NCBI GenBank assembly: GCA_040954595.2
Contig: CM082593.2
Span: 6,789,579-6,853,578 of the forward strand
Direction of reading: 5' to 3'
Length of the DNA: 64,000 nt
Origin: Balanoglossus misakiensis
Taxonomy: Eukaryota; Animalia; Hemichordata
Positions within the stretch are counted from its first letter, which is position 1. Every line of letters begins with the position of its first letter. This document shows positions 1-14,433 of the stretch, piece after piece. Below the pieces are notes generated by a model, which saw only the letters and a program-made list of their open reading frames with translations, made no database searches and was not told the origin of the DNA. Position numbers and translations under genes: made by a program.

Positions 1-2885
1 ATTAAGGCTCTTAACGTTGAGGTGATAGGTGGATGTATATAATATGGAAGGCAGATCTTCTCCTTATATAGAGCTGAATGTTTGTCTACAAGTGTTAATT
101 TGTTTAGGCAAGGCATATGGATCATTGTGGTGGTTCTATCTTCAGTGCTTTCAATGCTGGACAAGGATTTGTATGTTCGTATATACCAAAGGTGATAAGG
201 AAAGTGAAGAAAATAGTGATGTACACAGGTGATACTGCAGTGTAGACACTTAGGATACAGTGATGCATTCAAGTTGACATTTTGAATTCTTTACTAACAC
301 AAATACTCTTTTGAATGAAGGCGTGATTGTGATTGGCACAATTCTTTTCAATCCCGGAACAGCACATCGATGTGAGCATGCACTGCTTCATTTCCATGAG
401 TTAAACTGTGAATGTTCGGTTTTGTAAATTTCCACAATAAACTTGACGCTCATTACTTTGGGAAAAAGTGAATCAAGTCCAGGTCTGATTGTAGTAGTCA
501 TTAAAGTGGATCTTTAATAAAAAGTCAGATCCTTTTATTTCCATTATACAGCCTTAACAAGGGCAGCGAGTTGATCGACAGGAGCATCTAAGGTTCAATC
601 CACATCGGACTTTGTAGAGTGACCGAGGTCAGACCACTAAGTTCTCCTTTGCCTTAACTGTCAAGTTCATTCACATCTGAGTGACAGTCCAATTTGAGAT
701 GTAACTGTCCAAAATCTTTTTGTTGACAGAATAGAAATATTTACATAAACTTCTCATGTCAAAAAAGACAAGAAAAACCAAAACCTTGCCCTCGTGAGTT
801 CAGCAAAAGTGAATGGGGTTGCGTGAAACTTGTCAGAATTAAATGGAAAACGTTGCCGTGGTCGCAATGAGGAGCTAAAAGTAAAAGCTCACACACGTAG
901 GAATTCTAATCAGAACTGCATTATAGTAATACAGCGAGATTGACACTCACAACAGCAAAATTTGATTCAGTATGACGTGCAGCATCAGCAAAAATTTAAT
1001 AAACTCTTTGGAATTATTAAAACAGGTGTATGATATTTAAACATAATCAGACTATGATATAGGTTCCCCACTCAGACTGGTGTTTCAATAAATTCCCATG
1101 GATAGGCTGAACATTTTCTATTTCATTTAAATTGATGCCGTTATCAAGTGAGTAGTTTTATATGGTAAAGTCACCTCAATTCAAGATGGTGGACTCATCC
1201 TTATGTATCATAGCAACTGCAGGGATGAAACCTGACAGCACAGGGATGAAACATTAAAAAATGTTTTAATCTGCGTAACAGACGTGCAGTGTCAGAAGTC
1301 AATCATCTTGAATGTTTACCGTAGACGATTATGTGGAGGACTTTGGTATAGTGTCTCAAATTTCTTCACCATATTTCTCATTGCTGACATAATTATCTAC
1401 TATCAGTATATCTGAATACCATGGCACCATAACTCTTAACATTCCGTCATTTCAAACTGAAAAGCAAACAAACATTGGGCAACTGATCAAAATTTCTGCC
1501 AAAGGAACATATAAACATCAAGATTTAGCCATAATAAAGCGCATATACATGTATAGTAGGATATGTGTGTACCAATAATTATATTTTTGAAAAAATTATA
1601 CTATTTTGCATATTATATTCAAAATGTCACCAGAAAGCATGTCATCTGACAAGGAAGTCGTTTTTGCTTAATTGACCTGCAAATGTAGGACATATTGGGG
1701 GTGAGACACTTGACTCTTAAACTGCAGTCATTCATATTTCAATTTTTAGCACAACCACCGCATCCCGCGTTAAGTCGTGCCAGTCAACAAATCCAACCTG
1801 CTTGACATTCGGGTCAATACTATGACAAGTAACGCTGTTGTCATTTGCCGGCACGGGAGACCTCACATCTGGGTCATACCACGTCGACATTGTCCGACTT
1901 GAGCAAGTTTTTATTCGAGTTAAATCCAGTGGGGATATGTGGCTCGTGACTCGAACACTACAAAGCTACAGTCAATCCTTGAACAGACTTTACAAAGGGC
2001 AGGTATAAACACATCTCAGTCATATGATCTCAGGAGGGAAAGGCAAATTTGCACGTATTTGATTTTAGTATTGTTTGTACCGGTATCGCAGTCAATATTG
2101 TACTTTATGTATATATATGTAAGAATGTGACAATATAAGAACCAGTACTGAGTATGTGTTAAATTTGTATTATGCACCTTATCATGGTGAGACTGTAACT
2201 GTAAGCACAGCCCCTCCACACTGTAGACAGCTACCAGTATGTTCGACCACATGCACACAATTCAGTACGTGTTACGATTGACAGAATCATAGCAATACCC
2301 CATACCGGCATTGTATGAGGCAAAGGAATAATTGATATTTAAAACCAAGTTTTTGCTTTGTACACATATTGACTTTATAATATTCTAGATACTGGGTATG
2401 TCATCGTGCCTAGAATTCCAGCAAGACGCTGCGGTAATTGTACAAAACAGAAATTCTGAAATGATAGCCAAAAGTTACGGGTAATAGAGCTTTCACTCCA
2501 GGGCTGTAATTAATCCCAAGATGCCTGCCTTCCCCCCACAGACATGTTCCCTTTAAACTCCAGGGTCTGTAATAATCCCTTCTCTACAACACTGTGGTTT
2601 AACCTCATTCTTTTCAGAAACAGTGACGTTAGTCTTACATGTATTACTTACAACTTACAACTTACAGGGAAGTTGGGTTAACCTACATATAACCATGTGA
2701 TGTACCAATTTCTCAGATGAACGATCAATGCACACATCAGTTTTGTGCCGTCAAGTTGGGACTTCTAGTCATGATGTTATAGATGCCACAGCCTCGTTTC
2801 CATGGAAACTGACTGAACATCACAACTGGTATTGCCGTGATCATTTTGGTTTGATTTAATTTGGAGAAGTTGCTTTAGATCTTAA

Positions 2886-2969
2886 CCCTTTCACCCCATA
2901 TCCCGGTATAGAGGTCCAGCATTGCTATTGAGATCAATGGATTTGGACCAAACCATGGTGGTGATAGGG
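2886..2969. mobile_element. Short piggyBac-like MITE (TTAA-CCCT..AGGG-TTAA)
   Basis: TTAA on both sides, TIR CCCT(T/A)TCACC, core TGGATTTGGACCAAACCATGG shared with other copies. Confidence 0.75.
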
Positions 2970-5900
2970 TTAAAACTTTTAAGACTCCTCTCTGCTTTGG
3001 ACTATTTGGCTGTTCGGTGATACAGGCTGGCCCTGGTGAAGCCAGCTCTTTGATCAGCATACTTCTGCGATCACATAATTTGATTTTCACTCAGTTTGAT
3101 GAGACCACAAAAAGGTTACTTTCTGCCGAAGCTGTCATGCATTATTGAGTGCAGATATCGTTTTTCGAGAGAGAGCACTCACTGCAACCATCCTGGTGGT
3201 GTAAAGTATTCATGCACCAATCTGTATAATGTACTCCAGTTTTATGCGTTGATCCCAATCGGGCTTAGCTTTATGGTCAAGTGAATTATTTAAAACCATT
3301 CAACATGAAAGCTCTTTTCCAGAAGTACCTACTACTGCCATGCGAAGGCTTTTAAGTTGATTGCAACATGCAACAAGGGGAGTATACTACTAGCGTGACC
3401 ACAAGCTTTATCTCACAGTCGCAAAGCTTTATGGGTAGTCATAAGTCTGCAGTGTACGTATAATTTAAAGAATATGTCTGTTCAATGGACATGCTAGAAA
3501 TTGAAATTGTGTCTTAATTTAGTGGTTGTCAATTCCTCCTCGCCGAGTCTCAGGCAAAGGTGAACATAATTTCTGAATTGATGAAAATTTATTTTCGGGC
3601 TCAGATCGTGTTTCCGACTTTATGAAGGGCGGCATTTAATCAAGGAAAGTGATTTGCAAATTTCATAATACGAGTACATCCGCATGTAAAAGGGAAATAT
3701 ATCGAGATAATATTTCCGTGGCAGGCTGGAATTGCTTCCATCACATACTAGTTAATTTACATTTAGCAGATTTTGAATTAACAGAGTTAAATTGACAGAC
3801 TCGTTGAATTCACTGTTTAGAAACAGGCATTCATTATTTTGAAATAAGTTGCAAGGTCTACACAAACGGGGAGAGTTATTTTCTCTGCATTCTTTTAATT
3901 TATTTATAGTGTAAAAAATATTCTGGAATTTTTTCCTCGTCAGTTTTAGGTTTATCAATCAAAGAAATCAACGAAATTCATGATCTGATCCCGCGGGTAC
4001 AAAAATAACATAGTGCAACACGATATCAAGGAGACTATGTTGACAGGATCCATAAAACACTCTGTAATAATGAAGACAACCGTATCACTTATCAGTAAAA
4101 GATAATTTTAACTGATTTATCATGTCCGTTGTGCTGGGATGGGTTATTTATTTGACAGTTTATTTGGCAGTACTTTTGTGATGTTTGGGGAGGTAGTCTG
4201 TGTTACTGTGTGTGTGGTATGTCATCGTGTGTCGACCCTGTGTTGGGGTTCCATATTAAACGTGGGTGGCTCCCTGACCTGCAAATAGCCGCTCAAATTG
4301 TGTCCGCCACGATTATCTGTTTAACTTCTCTGGATTTTAGAGCAGAAATCAAGAAATCTAGCCCATAGCAAATTTTTAAGTTGTCAGTATACACACCAAT
4401 GAGACAATACTTTTAGTACACCTGGATTCACAGGTGTTACTGTTGAAGTATTATTTATATCTTTGAGTTGTCATGCATGCATTCATATATACATGCTTCA
4501 CAAGTCATCGTGTTCAAACGATCAATTTTGCACAGTTGTGATACCACAGCAATCAATAAATTATACATCTTATAATAATATGACAGTGATCAATAATTAA
4601 TACCAGAAATTAGTGACAGGCTTTCCCTTGTGTGTTGAAGACTTGTTTGTCATGACAGATTGAAATCAGTCTAGCCACATGGTCTTCAAGTGTCAATCGA
4701 GGTGAAATTAAATCAGCAGGCAAGTTATAATTAACAATTTTTCATGTTAATAACGGCCTTCATCAAAAATAGGTGTAGGAGGAGTTACATGTTTGTGTGT
4801 TTGATTTTTAGAGTTCCATAATGCAGATTTTTCATGCCATATTGATCGGTGAGTTCAAACTCATCAGTATGTCAGCTGTATTCTCTCGGCTATATATTTC
4901 TCCGAAGTGGTTCCTGTAATCTGAAGATTACACTGTGTGTGCTGTCGATAGTTGCAAGACATAAATCATGGGCTTCTATTAACACCTCTTTGAATGCAGG
5001 CTTGAAAGCCCATAAATAAAAAAAGAAGAAACCGTCATTACATTCTTGGAGCATAAAAAACATTTTACTGGATGTTTTCTCTGCAGCTGTAGCGTGTACA
5101 AAAGTGCAGGTACAGTTTGTCATGTTAAGAGGGTACATTTGAAATCGTGAGCGTGGCCGTATCAATATGCAGGCCCTATCATACGCCCTCCCTCAGCTCC
5201 CGAACATTATCAAATATAGTTTACACATTCCCAGGATTGCGAGTGTTATAACTGCTATTCCCCTGTGAAGCTGGGCCACCGCAGGGTTTATTGACTTGAG
5301 ACTTTCCTTGTTTGCGCAATTGACCAATGACAGCTGGCTTGACAAAATCCATACTTTCGTTTTGTGTAGCTTATACGACATGCATACTAAAACGGTTCCA
5401 ACATGAGCACGGGGATATTGTAGAAAGTGGATGTGATCTGACTGAAAAAGCACCTAGAGAGAAAAGACAGAAACTTAGATTTATAACAATACAGATTGAT
5501 GAGTGACATTAAAAATGTGAATTTATAATGCAGAGCTGGCACCTGTTAACTTGAGAAGATGACAAAAAATGCTTGTTTCTCATTAAAATCTACATTAATT
5601 TCCATACATTCAAATCCACTTTTTTTGCAGATTTCATGTATAAGTCCCTGTTCGTCATTCTTGCTTCATCTTGTCAAACAAGAGTATTATGATCAGACGA
5701 GTATGGTTCTTTCGCTGATCTGAAAATTTTGCCGGTATAATAACTTGCTAAGTTGTTTTGGCAAGTGCCTGATTGTCATGTTATTCACTTAAATCGATCC
5801 TAAATTCATAAACACTGTATGCCATATGCTACCTATCCCTGCAGCAAGCTGTTGTTTTCCGCTGCGCAATCCGATAGTGTCGGATGAAGCACGGATATAA

Positions 5901-8900
5901 TACAGTTGTTGAGTGCCTGTACATGCTCCAATCCCTCGCATCATTAAAACAATCAGGAAATGCCAGATAAGCAGGCGGCAGCTATTGCCAGGTATTTGTA
6001 CACGACTGGAAATTTATCCCAAACAGTCGGAATAGAGTGACACTGATCTGTACATCCTGGGGCGGGGCCAGTATTGCCTATCGAAACTTTTACTGTATCT
6101 TTGTCCTAAACAGAAATCTGTGACAACAGAAAAGTCAAGTGCCTTTCCTCTCACTTGAAGAAGAGGCTCTCTGTACTGATTACTCCAGTTCTCTGTGACG
6201 ATTGTTGCTGCTTGCCGCAGCAGTTTTGATGAATCTTCACCAACAGTCGGGATTCAGTAATCTTCTCGTCTTACCGCAGACTTGGCTGTAAATTTTCATT
6301 GAGCCAGATGTTTGTTTTCTTGAGCGATTGGTTTTCATGGGGGAAAAAGCTTTGCTACACTTTTCATATTACAAGACAGTCTATCCAGAAACGCTTTCAT
6401 TTCGAGGTCTGAACTATACCCAGTCTTTGATGCTGACAAATACTTTTTTGGTGACTGCACTAGTCAGAAACTGCTCTTAACTACTGTATAAGGGTACATG
6501 ACTACCATTTCCAGGTCTGATGTACACTTTCTTGGGGATACTCCTGATTAAACATCAAATGAATTTGGCATTTTTGTGATTTTCATTAATCTTTTAAAAC
6601 CCCTGACTTTCGAATTGCACACATTTCCGGATTTACTACTTTGTAATATTGGAAAGCAATTCATGCATGTACCATATGATAAATCCGGTCTTAAAATACA
6701 TATTTATCGCTTTAGAAATGTTCACAATCACCAAATCCAATTATAGATAGGAAAGGAGTATTTTAGAACGAAGGCAAACCAGAACTAATCCTGAGATATC
6801 CGGGTTTTTCGCCCTCGAAACGTCCAGATATAGTCTGAGGGTGTGTCGTTAGTAGTTATTCAGCAGAATGTCAAGTGTTGGTGATTTGTAGAGGCCGGGT
6901 ATACACTGTTGGTTGCTGTCTTTTCTCTGCATACTCGAGTTAGATTGAGGCTTAGCGATGCAATTTGTAGGCACAATAATCAGTAGGGAAACCATGGTTA
7001 CCGGTGATTTTTTCAGACTAATTGGCAAGCGGATCAGCAATTTGGTGCGGGACAAATATTCGGATCATTTCCATCGGGGCCCGCGATTGTAATCAAGCTG
7101 TGTTTTTTCTGTTTTCGCGTGGTGATCTTTTACTGACGCACGTTTGCGAAGCAGTCAGAGAGGCGGACTTAATCATGCCAGGTTCTCTCTCTCTCTCTCA
7201 AGGAACTGGAAAGCCATAGGAAATACTTGTTTGTTCATCACAAGAATCGGTGACATTTCCAAAGTCGGCCGCCCCGCATTCACCAGCTCACAAAGCATGA
7301 GATGTCAGCAGTCAGTCAGATGAATTGATATTATAATGCGCTGATGCAGCAGCTCTGTGTTATTTTCACATCAAAGTATTTTCACAGATCAGTCGAAAGA
7401 TAACTGTTTGTCGGAAACGTTTTTGACATTTCCTCTGTTGGTTTATAGGTCCGGAGATCTCAAATATTTGTAATCAGAAAGCTTAATGTAAGCTTGTATG
7501 AAAGTCAAATGTTGTAATTTATTATTTTCTTGTGGTTCTTAAAACATCTTTACCTCAAAGAAACATAAAAATCTCTCAAAGGACAATTCGTATGTTGTCA
7601 TTAAAGCTGTTGTTTGTATCATTCCTTTAATATATAGGTCTACTGTAAAAAGTTTGTTCAGATTTTGAAAAAGTAAAACACAGGGCATGGTATAGTGTTC
7701 AGCATTGTGATACCAAAGATAGCTTTTTGTTACCTGGATTTGAAATGAAAATTGTAAATGTCAAAAAATGAAATGTCTTTTCAAGGGCAGGTTTTCAATA
7801 TCGCCAAACACCATCATTGTAAGTCGTCATTCGTGTCGTAGAAGAAGAGACTGTGGCGTGACTGTTTCCACAGAAATAAACGCGATTGCACGCAGAAAAT
7901 TCTATTCAGGCTCTTGGCCGTCGGCCAGGGGGGAACACTTCCACATGGCAAAATACCAAGAAAAAGTCATTGTCCTGGTGTTGGTTGTGTGCTATAGTGT
8001 GCCAGCCAGCTGTCGCATTGCTATCTCTCGTTCCATCTCACACGCGCAGGAAACGGCATGTCTACCTCAATGGAAAAAAGATTAAAAGCAAACCCCATTA
8101 TTAATTTCTCCAGTGGTTCTGAGTTTATCTGAACAATCCCAGCTATTACTTTTTTTAGAAGTCGCCGCAAGTATGCGATACTCACCCAAAAAAGAAGATG
8201 AGCCTATCTGCAATATAAGTGGGTGATTTACTGCGGCAGGAATTCCCTGACCCAGTGTGTGGCTCCTTAGTTACCGTGGTGATAAATTTCACATAGCTGC
8301 CCTGGACTTTTGTTTCCTCATACCCTGGGCGCCTGTTTCCAAAGCACACGTACAGCTGTGCAGGCCTCCGAATAAATCATTGAATGCGCTCCATTATTGA
8401 ACCCGACATACATTCATAAAAAGATCACAAGCGTCATTCAGTGAAATTACACATCCCTTGAAATTTCTTGCTCAATGAGGAGAAGAGAAATGTTAGTCAA
8501 TTGTCCTCTTTCACATAACTTGACATGACTCTTTCAGTGCGTAAATTATTCTTAATGAGTAAAATCAGTTTAATTTACCTCCATACGCTTTTTGATTGAT
8601 TGAAATCATCCGACCGGGTATTCTCTAGCTAGATCTGTTTGGCAGGGCTGTGTGTTATTACTGTCGGATTTTTTTCCTATTTGAATACTCAACAAATATT
8701 TGTATATTCTAAATTAATCTTTACAAGCCCAGAAATGCGGAGGCATTTAAGACAGGAGAGAAAGTAAGATCTTTATTGGTTGAATGTTAGATATTGATAC
8801 AATGTATTGACAATGTCTATTTCACTTATCATAATTATGTCGCAAGTTCAGGAATATTCAAATTATTATGCAAATGAAGATACGAAAATTTAGGATTGAT

Positions 8901-9003
8901 GGCCTATTAATCTATATAATTTGAACAGGAAATAAAACCTGCTTTTATTGGCTTATCTGTTGTTTTGTTGACAAGCGATATAAATCAGAATTTGAAGAAC
9001 TTA

Positions 9004-9804
9004 GGCTGCATTCACAAACACCTCTGGAGGGGGGGGCGGGAGAATTCAATTTTTTTTACCGGTAATTTTCACATGCCCCCCTTCCGAACTGCCAATATTT
9101 TCAAATCCCCCCCTTCCGAACTGCCAAAATTTTGAAATCCCCCCCCCCCCATTTTCTTTCACAGAGCAAAACACATCACCTATCTATCTTGTAAAAAGAA
9201 AAACAGCGCTCCCATGAAAAGAATTTGAAACTGATGTTTCCCCTCATCAGTGGGTATTAAAACTGAACATTGTTTTTATTTTTTACATATATTTGTATTC
9301 TGTGTTGGGGAAATTGTATACCGAGAATTGAAGGGGGTGGGTTTGGGAGGGGGTGTCCCCCTCCCACGTAAGAAAATTTTCTAAAATACAGAGCTCAAAG
9401 CTGCATTTTAATGAACCCGGCAAAAGCAAATTAACTCAACTACCGGTATGTTGGGGAGGACAAATTTAACCGTCGCCGCTCAAAGTTATCATGGGGTGGG
9501 GCAAGTCCCCTGACCTGGGACACTAGATAAACCAGTCAATGATTGAAAGGTGTTGATGAATGGAGGGGGTGGGTGTGGGAGGGGGTGTCCCCCTCCCACA
9601 TTAGAAAATTTTGTAAAATAAAGGGCGCGAAACTGCATTTTTGTGGACTCAAAATAAATATTTAGTCGTTAAAGTTTTCAAGTCCCCCCCTTTCAGTCCC
9701 TAAATTATTTCAAATCCCCCCCCCTTACATACCCTCAATTTTTTCAAATCCCCCCCCCCTCAATTCTCCTGCCCCCCCCTCCAGAGGTGTTTGTGAATGC
9801 AGCC
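9004..9804. mobile_element. Non-autonomous DNA transposon (MITE), PIF/Harbinger-like
   Basis: About 43-bp near-perfect TIR GGCTGCATTCACAAACACCTCTGGAGGGGGGGG..GAGAATT, TTA duplicated at 9001-9003 and 9805-9807, subterminal TTTTCAAATCCCCCC repeats, no ORF. Confidence 0.85.
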
Positions 9805-12800
9805 TTAGACTGCATGGCGCGACAATTATTTGTCTTAATAGACACTGAAATTTATCTGAATTTCAAGCTGGCGTCTGCTTCACTGATACGCGAAAAATGC
9901 ATAATCGTGAAAATAACCTGTTTTGCAGTATTCCTGCTCTATATCTGAATGACTTTGCTGGAAATCTGGAATTGTACTCTTGGAGGAGACCGTTGAATGG
10001 TTGACATAGAAACAAGGAGAGAAAGTGATGTTCCTCTTTCGGTGTCATATAAGCTGCATATAATCATCACCCCCATTGCAATTTGTGGATGGAGTAGGTT
10101 GTAACATGGAATGTGGGTTTTCAAGAGGTTTTCCTTTTCCTTCCTGTGAAGAACCTTCAAACCGCCACGAATAAAGAAAAAAGTAGAGAAAATTCAAGCA
10201 CTTCTTAAAAGTCCTTGCGACATTCGGAAAATCGTGCTCTCCGCGCATTGCCCGCCAGTAAAGGTCTTGGCAATCTTGTCGAAACTACAGGTGAATGCCC
10301 TGTTATTGCAGGCAGAGATATTACGGTGCAACAGAATCAAGATTTTGAGTCGTGAATTAAGTGCAAGTGCTGTGTTCATTTCTGAAATTAGCAGGAAGCC
10401 TTAGAATGCCAGTTGCGTAGTCACGCGCCAAGAAGGAGTGACAGAGAATGTCACTGGTGTGAGGAGTAATTTAGAACATGTAGGGTCAAACTGATCGTGT
10501 CACTTCATGTGTTGCCTTGCCAACATCTTGGGAATTTAGAAAATTCCTCCTTGTTTCCATAGAAATACTTGTTTAAATGTCTGTGTACGTGGGCTGGTAA
10601 AAATAATCATCCCCTTTTATTAAAAAGCTTTCCAGAGTGAAGAAATTTATTTGAAAATGATGTTCCATTAGCTGGGGAAAGCTGTCTAGCATGATCAGAC
10701 CTATAAAACAAATTTCAGGAGAAGACCTGAGGGGTACAACAGAATTATCTTGTATATTCTCCTGTAGTAGTGTACTAGTCATGTCTTTCCCCATCAAGAC
10801 AACGCACTCCCTGGCTGTCTCACAAAGGACCACCTTTTTGGGGGTCGACTTGAAGTGGTTTTCTTCGGAACATTAAGTTTGATTGCAATTCCCTGACAGC
10901 ACTTTCTGATTGAGTTTGTGAAGTTGTAAAGTTGCTGCACTGACTAGAATGTCCGACAATCCCTATGTTGTCTTTGATGGTAATATAATCACGGTTTAGT
11001 AGGCCTGGTGACGTAAGGGGAATCAAGCTGTGTCCTGAGGCAGTACCTGCCACCCCCCACCCCCCAAAAAAAATGCCCCATTTTAGATCAGATGTGTGCG
11101 TTAATACAATGCATTATGGGGCTTTTACGTTTAACCTCTGACCCTACATACGTAGTTAGGCCGGGTCGCCATTACGACTATTAATCGTAATCAGATCGCA
11201 ATCTGGAAAGCTTGGTTGTACGTGTCGAAAAAAATAATCATGAATTGATAAATTTTGCGTAAACCATTTGTTTGACCAAAATTGCTGAAAAATGTACACA
11301 CCCCATGTGTACCCCCCCCCCCCCACCCCCGGTATGTGCTGCAGACATGCAGGAAGTGATGTCACCCCCACCCTGGGGCAAGTTGTCCTCTCATACAGTG
11401 TTAAGTAAATTTGTATTGTAATTGTTGGTACCAGGTGGAGCAAAAAATTTCATCTTGTCTCCGTCTTTGATCCTCCTTTTTATTCTTTCAGCAGATATTT
11501 GATTATTACATAATCGGCAGATTAAAAGTGATGCACATATCCTTTCGGTACGTTTTCTCTTCATAAGATTCTGATGGAACACGAATGAATCTAAATTTGT
11601 AGACTTTTGTAAGGTGCCAAAGCTACTTTCTTTGGCTTGAAAAGACTAATATATATACTATACCCATGCTTTCTCTTTTTTAATGCATCGACAATCCGTT
11701 CGAAAAATATCCGAAGCAATGTTTTATTTCCGAAAGCCCAATCACTCAGCAATTGGTATTTCTACTGCATACGTGCATTCCGTTATAATATCTCCACTTT
11801 AATTTGATGGCTATGGAGCTCGTCGGCATGTGATTGTAACTGGTTTACCAGCCTCTCACTGTGAGAACAAGTTTTCTATTTTTATAAAAAAAAAAATGTG
11901 CAAAACCGGAACTGCAGATAGGAAAGATATTAAAATAACATAGTGGTGAATCACGAGTCATTTTTAAGCTGAAAGAGAAATATTTTAATGCGGTGTATTG
12001 AGAATGTTGCTTTCTGGTGTTTGAATTAGCCAGAATGGTTTGAATTTTTGTGCAAGTATGGAAATATCTGATGAAAAAAGTTGAGTACTATGTTGAACTG
12101 AGGGTAGTGATTCCTGTCTGACAATGACACGTACCTGTTTGTTAAGTCGACCCAGCAGATAAATATATTATGGTTTATATGACATTGACAGTAATCTAGA
12201 CTTGATGACAAATATATACAATTGAGTGATGGGTAAATCAGAAAACACCTCAGAGTGTGAACTGCAGCAATCGATAGCCTCTTCAGTTAGAGTCAACCAG
12301 CGGACAAGGACGCTCTATCTTTTTTTTCCGTTTTCTAGCTGTCATGTCAAAGTCAAATCCACCGATAGATTGGACAACTGCAGCATGCTTCAGTTGTGTT
12401 TACACACCCCAACAGTCAGTAGGCCAAGTTTACATGTCCAAATAATCCCTTAATCCTCCTGTACCTTGTTTGCTTCCGCTGGGCAAATATGATCCATTGT
12501 GAACTTGTGTACAGAACCTCATCAATTCACCCAAACCCTACCAACAAGACACTGTGTGTTGACTTTAAAGCAAGTGGAGTGGGTTTTCTTTGGGCAAAGT
12601 TCATTTGGGGTCATGTCCATCTCCATGGTTACAAATCAGGGAGGAAAACATTCGGCACCTTTGAATCTACTGATTTATGTCTGTATGGGCCTGTTCACAG
12701 CTTTGATTATACATCTCAATGTTGTATTTGACATCTGACCTATTTTAGGGCATTGTTGCTTTAATGTTAATTGCTATTTTATTGTAGTATTTCTGTTCAC

Positions 12801-14315
12801 TGTGTAAACTACAATGTCAATTGGCCTACCCCATGTTTAAAGGGACAGTTAGTTGTAACTTTGTGGCATTTTTAAAGGTTATTATGTACATATTCTACTA
12901 GTCAGAATACTGAGGATATGTACATATTGTTGACAAATAAATGACTTGCATACTCGGTATTTAAAAAAAAAATAATGTATACATACAAACTGTGTTAAGC
13001 TAAACACTAGGTGTTGACAAGGCAAATGCCATGTATTTCAAAGAAGGGAACATGTATTTATAGCTGACATACACATACACACGTATACACACTGTCTTTT
13101 CAGCATGATGGAAGTGTTGTGATCCACAGCAAAGTGGCACTGAAAAAAACCATCAAAAGTTATACATTCTGTGTCTTTTAAAGGGATTACTTTAATTTCC
13201 CATAAAACCGACTTAATAAAGATTTTATGAAAGTCTACAAAGTGAAATTAAAGGAGAATATACTCACTCCGGGAAAAGGACCATTACATAAAATGCACTG
13301 TTTTAGTAAAGGTACGACTGTTAAGTTTGCCCAGGCTAATAAATAAATTGAAGTTGTAATTTCAAATCCTTGCTTGCCTGTGTGCTGTACTTTGAATGAA
13401 TTCTGTGATGTAAGATACTGGTCACGTGGATGGTCTGTGCAGTACGCCGTATCTAGTGTATGAAAATGACTACAGGAAACATCTAATACAAATTCATTAA
13501 AATTAAAAGAAATCATTTATAACACAATTTTTTTTGGTTCAGTTAAGTCACAAGCGTCTAATGAAAATCTTCAAAACAAATCAAATTAAATTTCTCAGAT
13601 CTCCGTTGTTCTGCTCTTTATAATCATGAGACACACTCAATTTCAGTAATTTAATTTTCAACAAGGCTTGCTGCGAGAGAGAGAGTCAGTGGTGTTGAGA
13701 ACAAAAGCAATCCCAAGTGTTTGATATTGGAAGATGTTCCGTGCTGATTAGCAAGCTTAGTGTTTTTTCACCAGGAAATTGAAACCGAATTGAATCGAAA
13801 AGAACTGTAGTTCCACCAGCGAGGCGTGCTTTACACCCTGCGTATTAAAATCTGCTAAAGCAATTACCATGAGGAAATCTGAATTACTGCCAATCTAAGA
13901 GAAGAAGCTAGGAAAACAAGCGATACGGGCAGATGTGAATGGGCCATGAAAGTCAACTCTCTGGCCGTTTTAAACGCTGCATCGTAACTCAAGCGAAAAA
14001 GTCTTGTGGATGGAAAGCAATCATGTTTTGGAAATTGCCTAGGGGATTTCATGGCATGCTACGGGGAATTTAATCATCATTTGTTATATCGTCAGATAAT
14101 GAGAATGCAGAAACGCCAGACTTTAACCTCCAGGGTTTTGCAGAAATGGACCTTCCAGTGATGTTCAAGTTTATAGCACGGTCCATTTGTAGAATTATTT
14201 AGTAAAGCATTGATTGGTTTGCTGATAGGATCATATCTCCCATACAAGGTTTCTTCTGAGTAAATTTTCAATTTTTGAGTTCGGAGAGGAAATTTCTGTC
14301 AAAGATGAAAGTGTT

Positions 14316-14328
14316 GTGATGATGATGG

Positions 14329-14381
<53 letters not shown>

Positions 14382-14433
14382 ATGATGATGATGATGATGA
14401 TGATGGTGGTGGTGGCTATCGTGGTGGTGGTGG
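14316..14433. repeat. (ATG)n/(GTG)n compound microsatellite
   Basis: Direct reading; source of the poly-His and poly-Met ORFs. Confidence 0.95.

Noticed and set aside
560-660. GGTTCAATCC B-box-like motif (tRNA or SINE)
   Set aside because: No A-box, no cloverleaf and no second copy seen.
8728-8763. Possible 36-nt PDE exon PRNAEAFKTGEK ending at a gtaaga donor
   Set aside because: The acceptor would be a weak AAG without a good pyrimidine tract, and it does not supply the expected NIxDAY residues before DPRF.
12837-13181. Possible old TTAA MITE (TTAAAGGGACAG..CTGTGTCTTTTAA)
   Set aside because: Inverted ends too degenerate to support a call.
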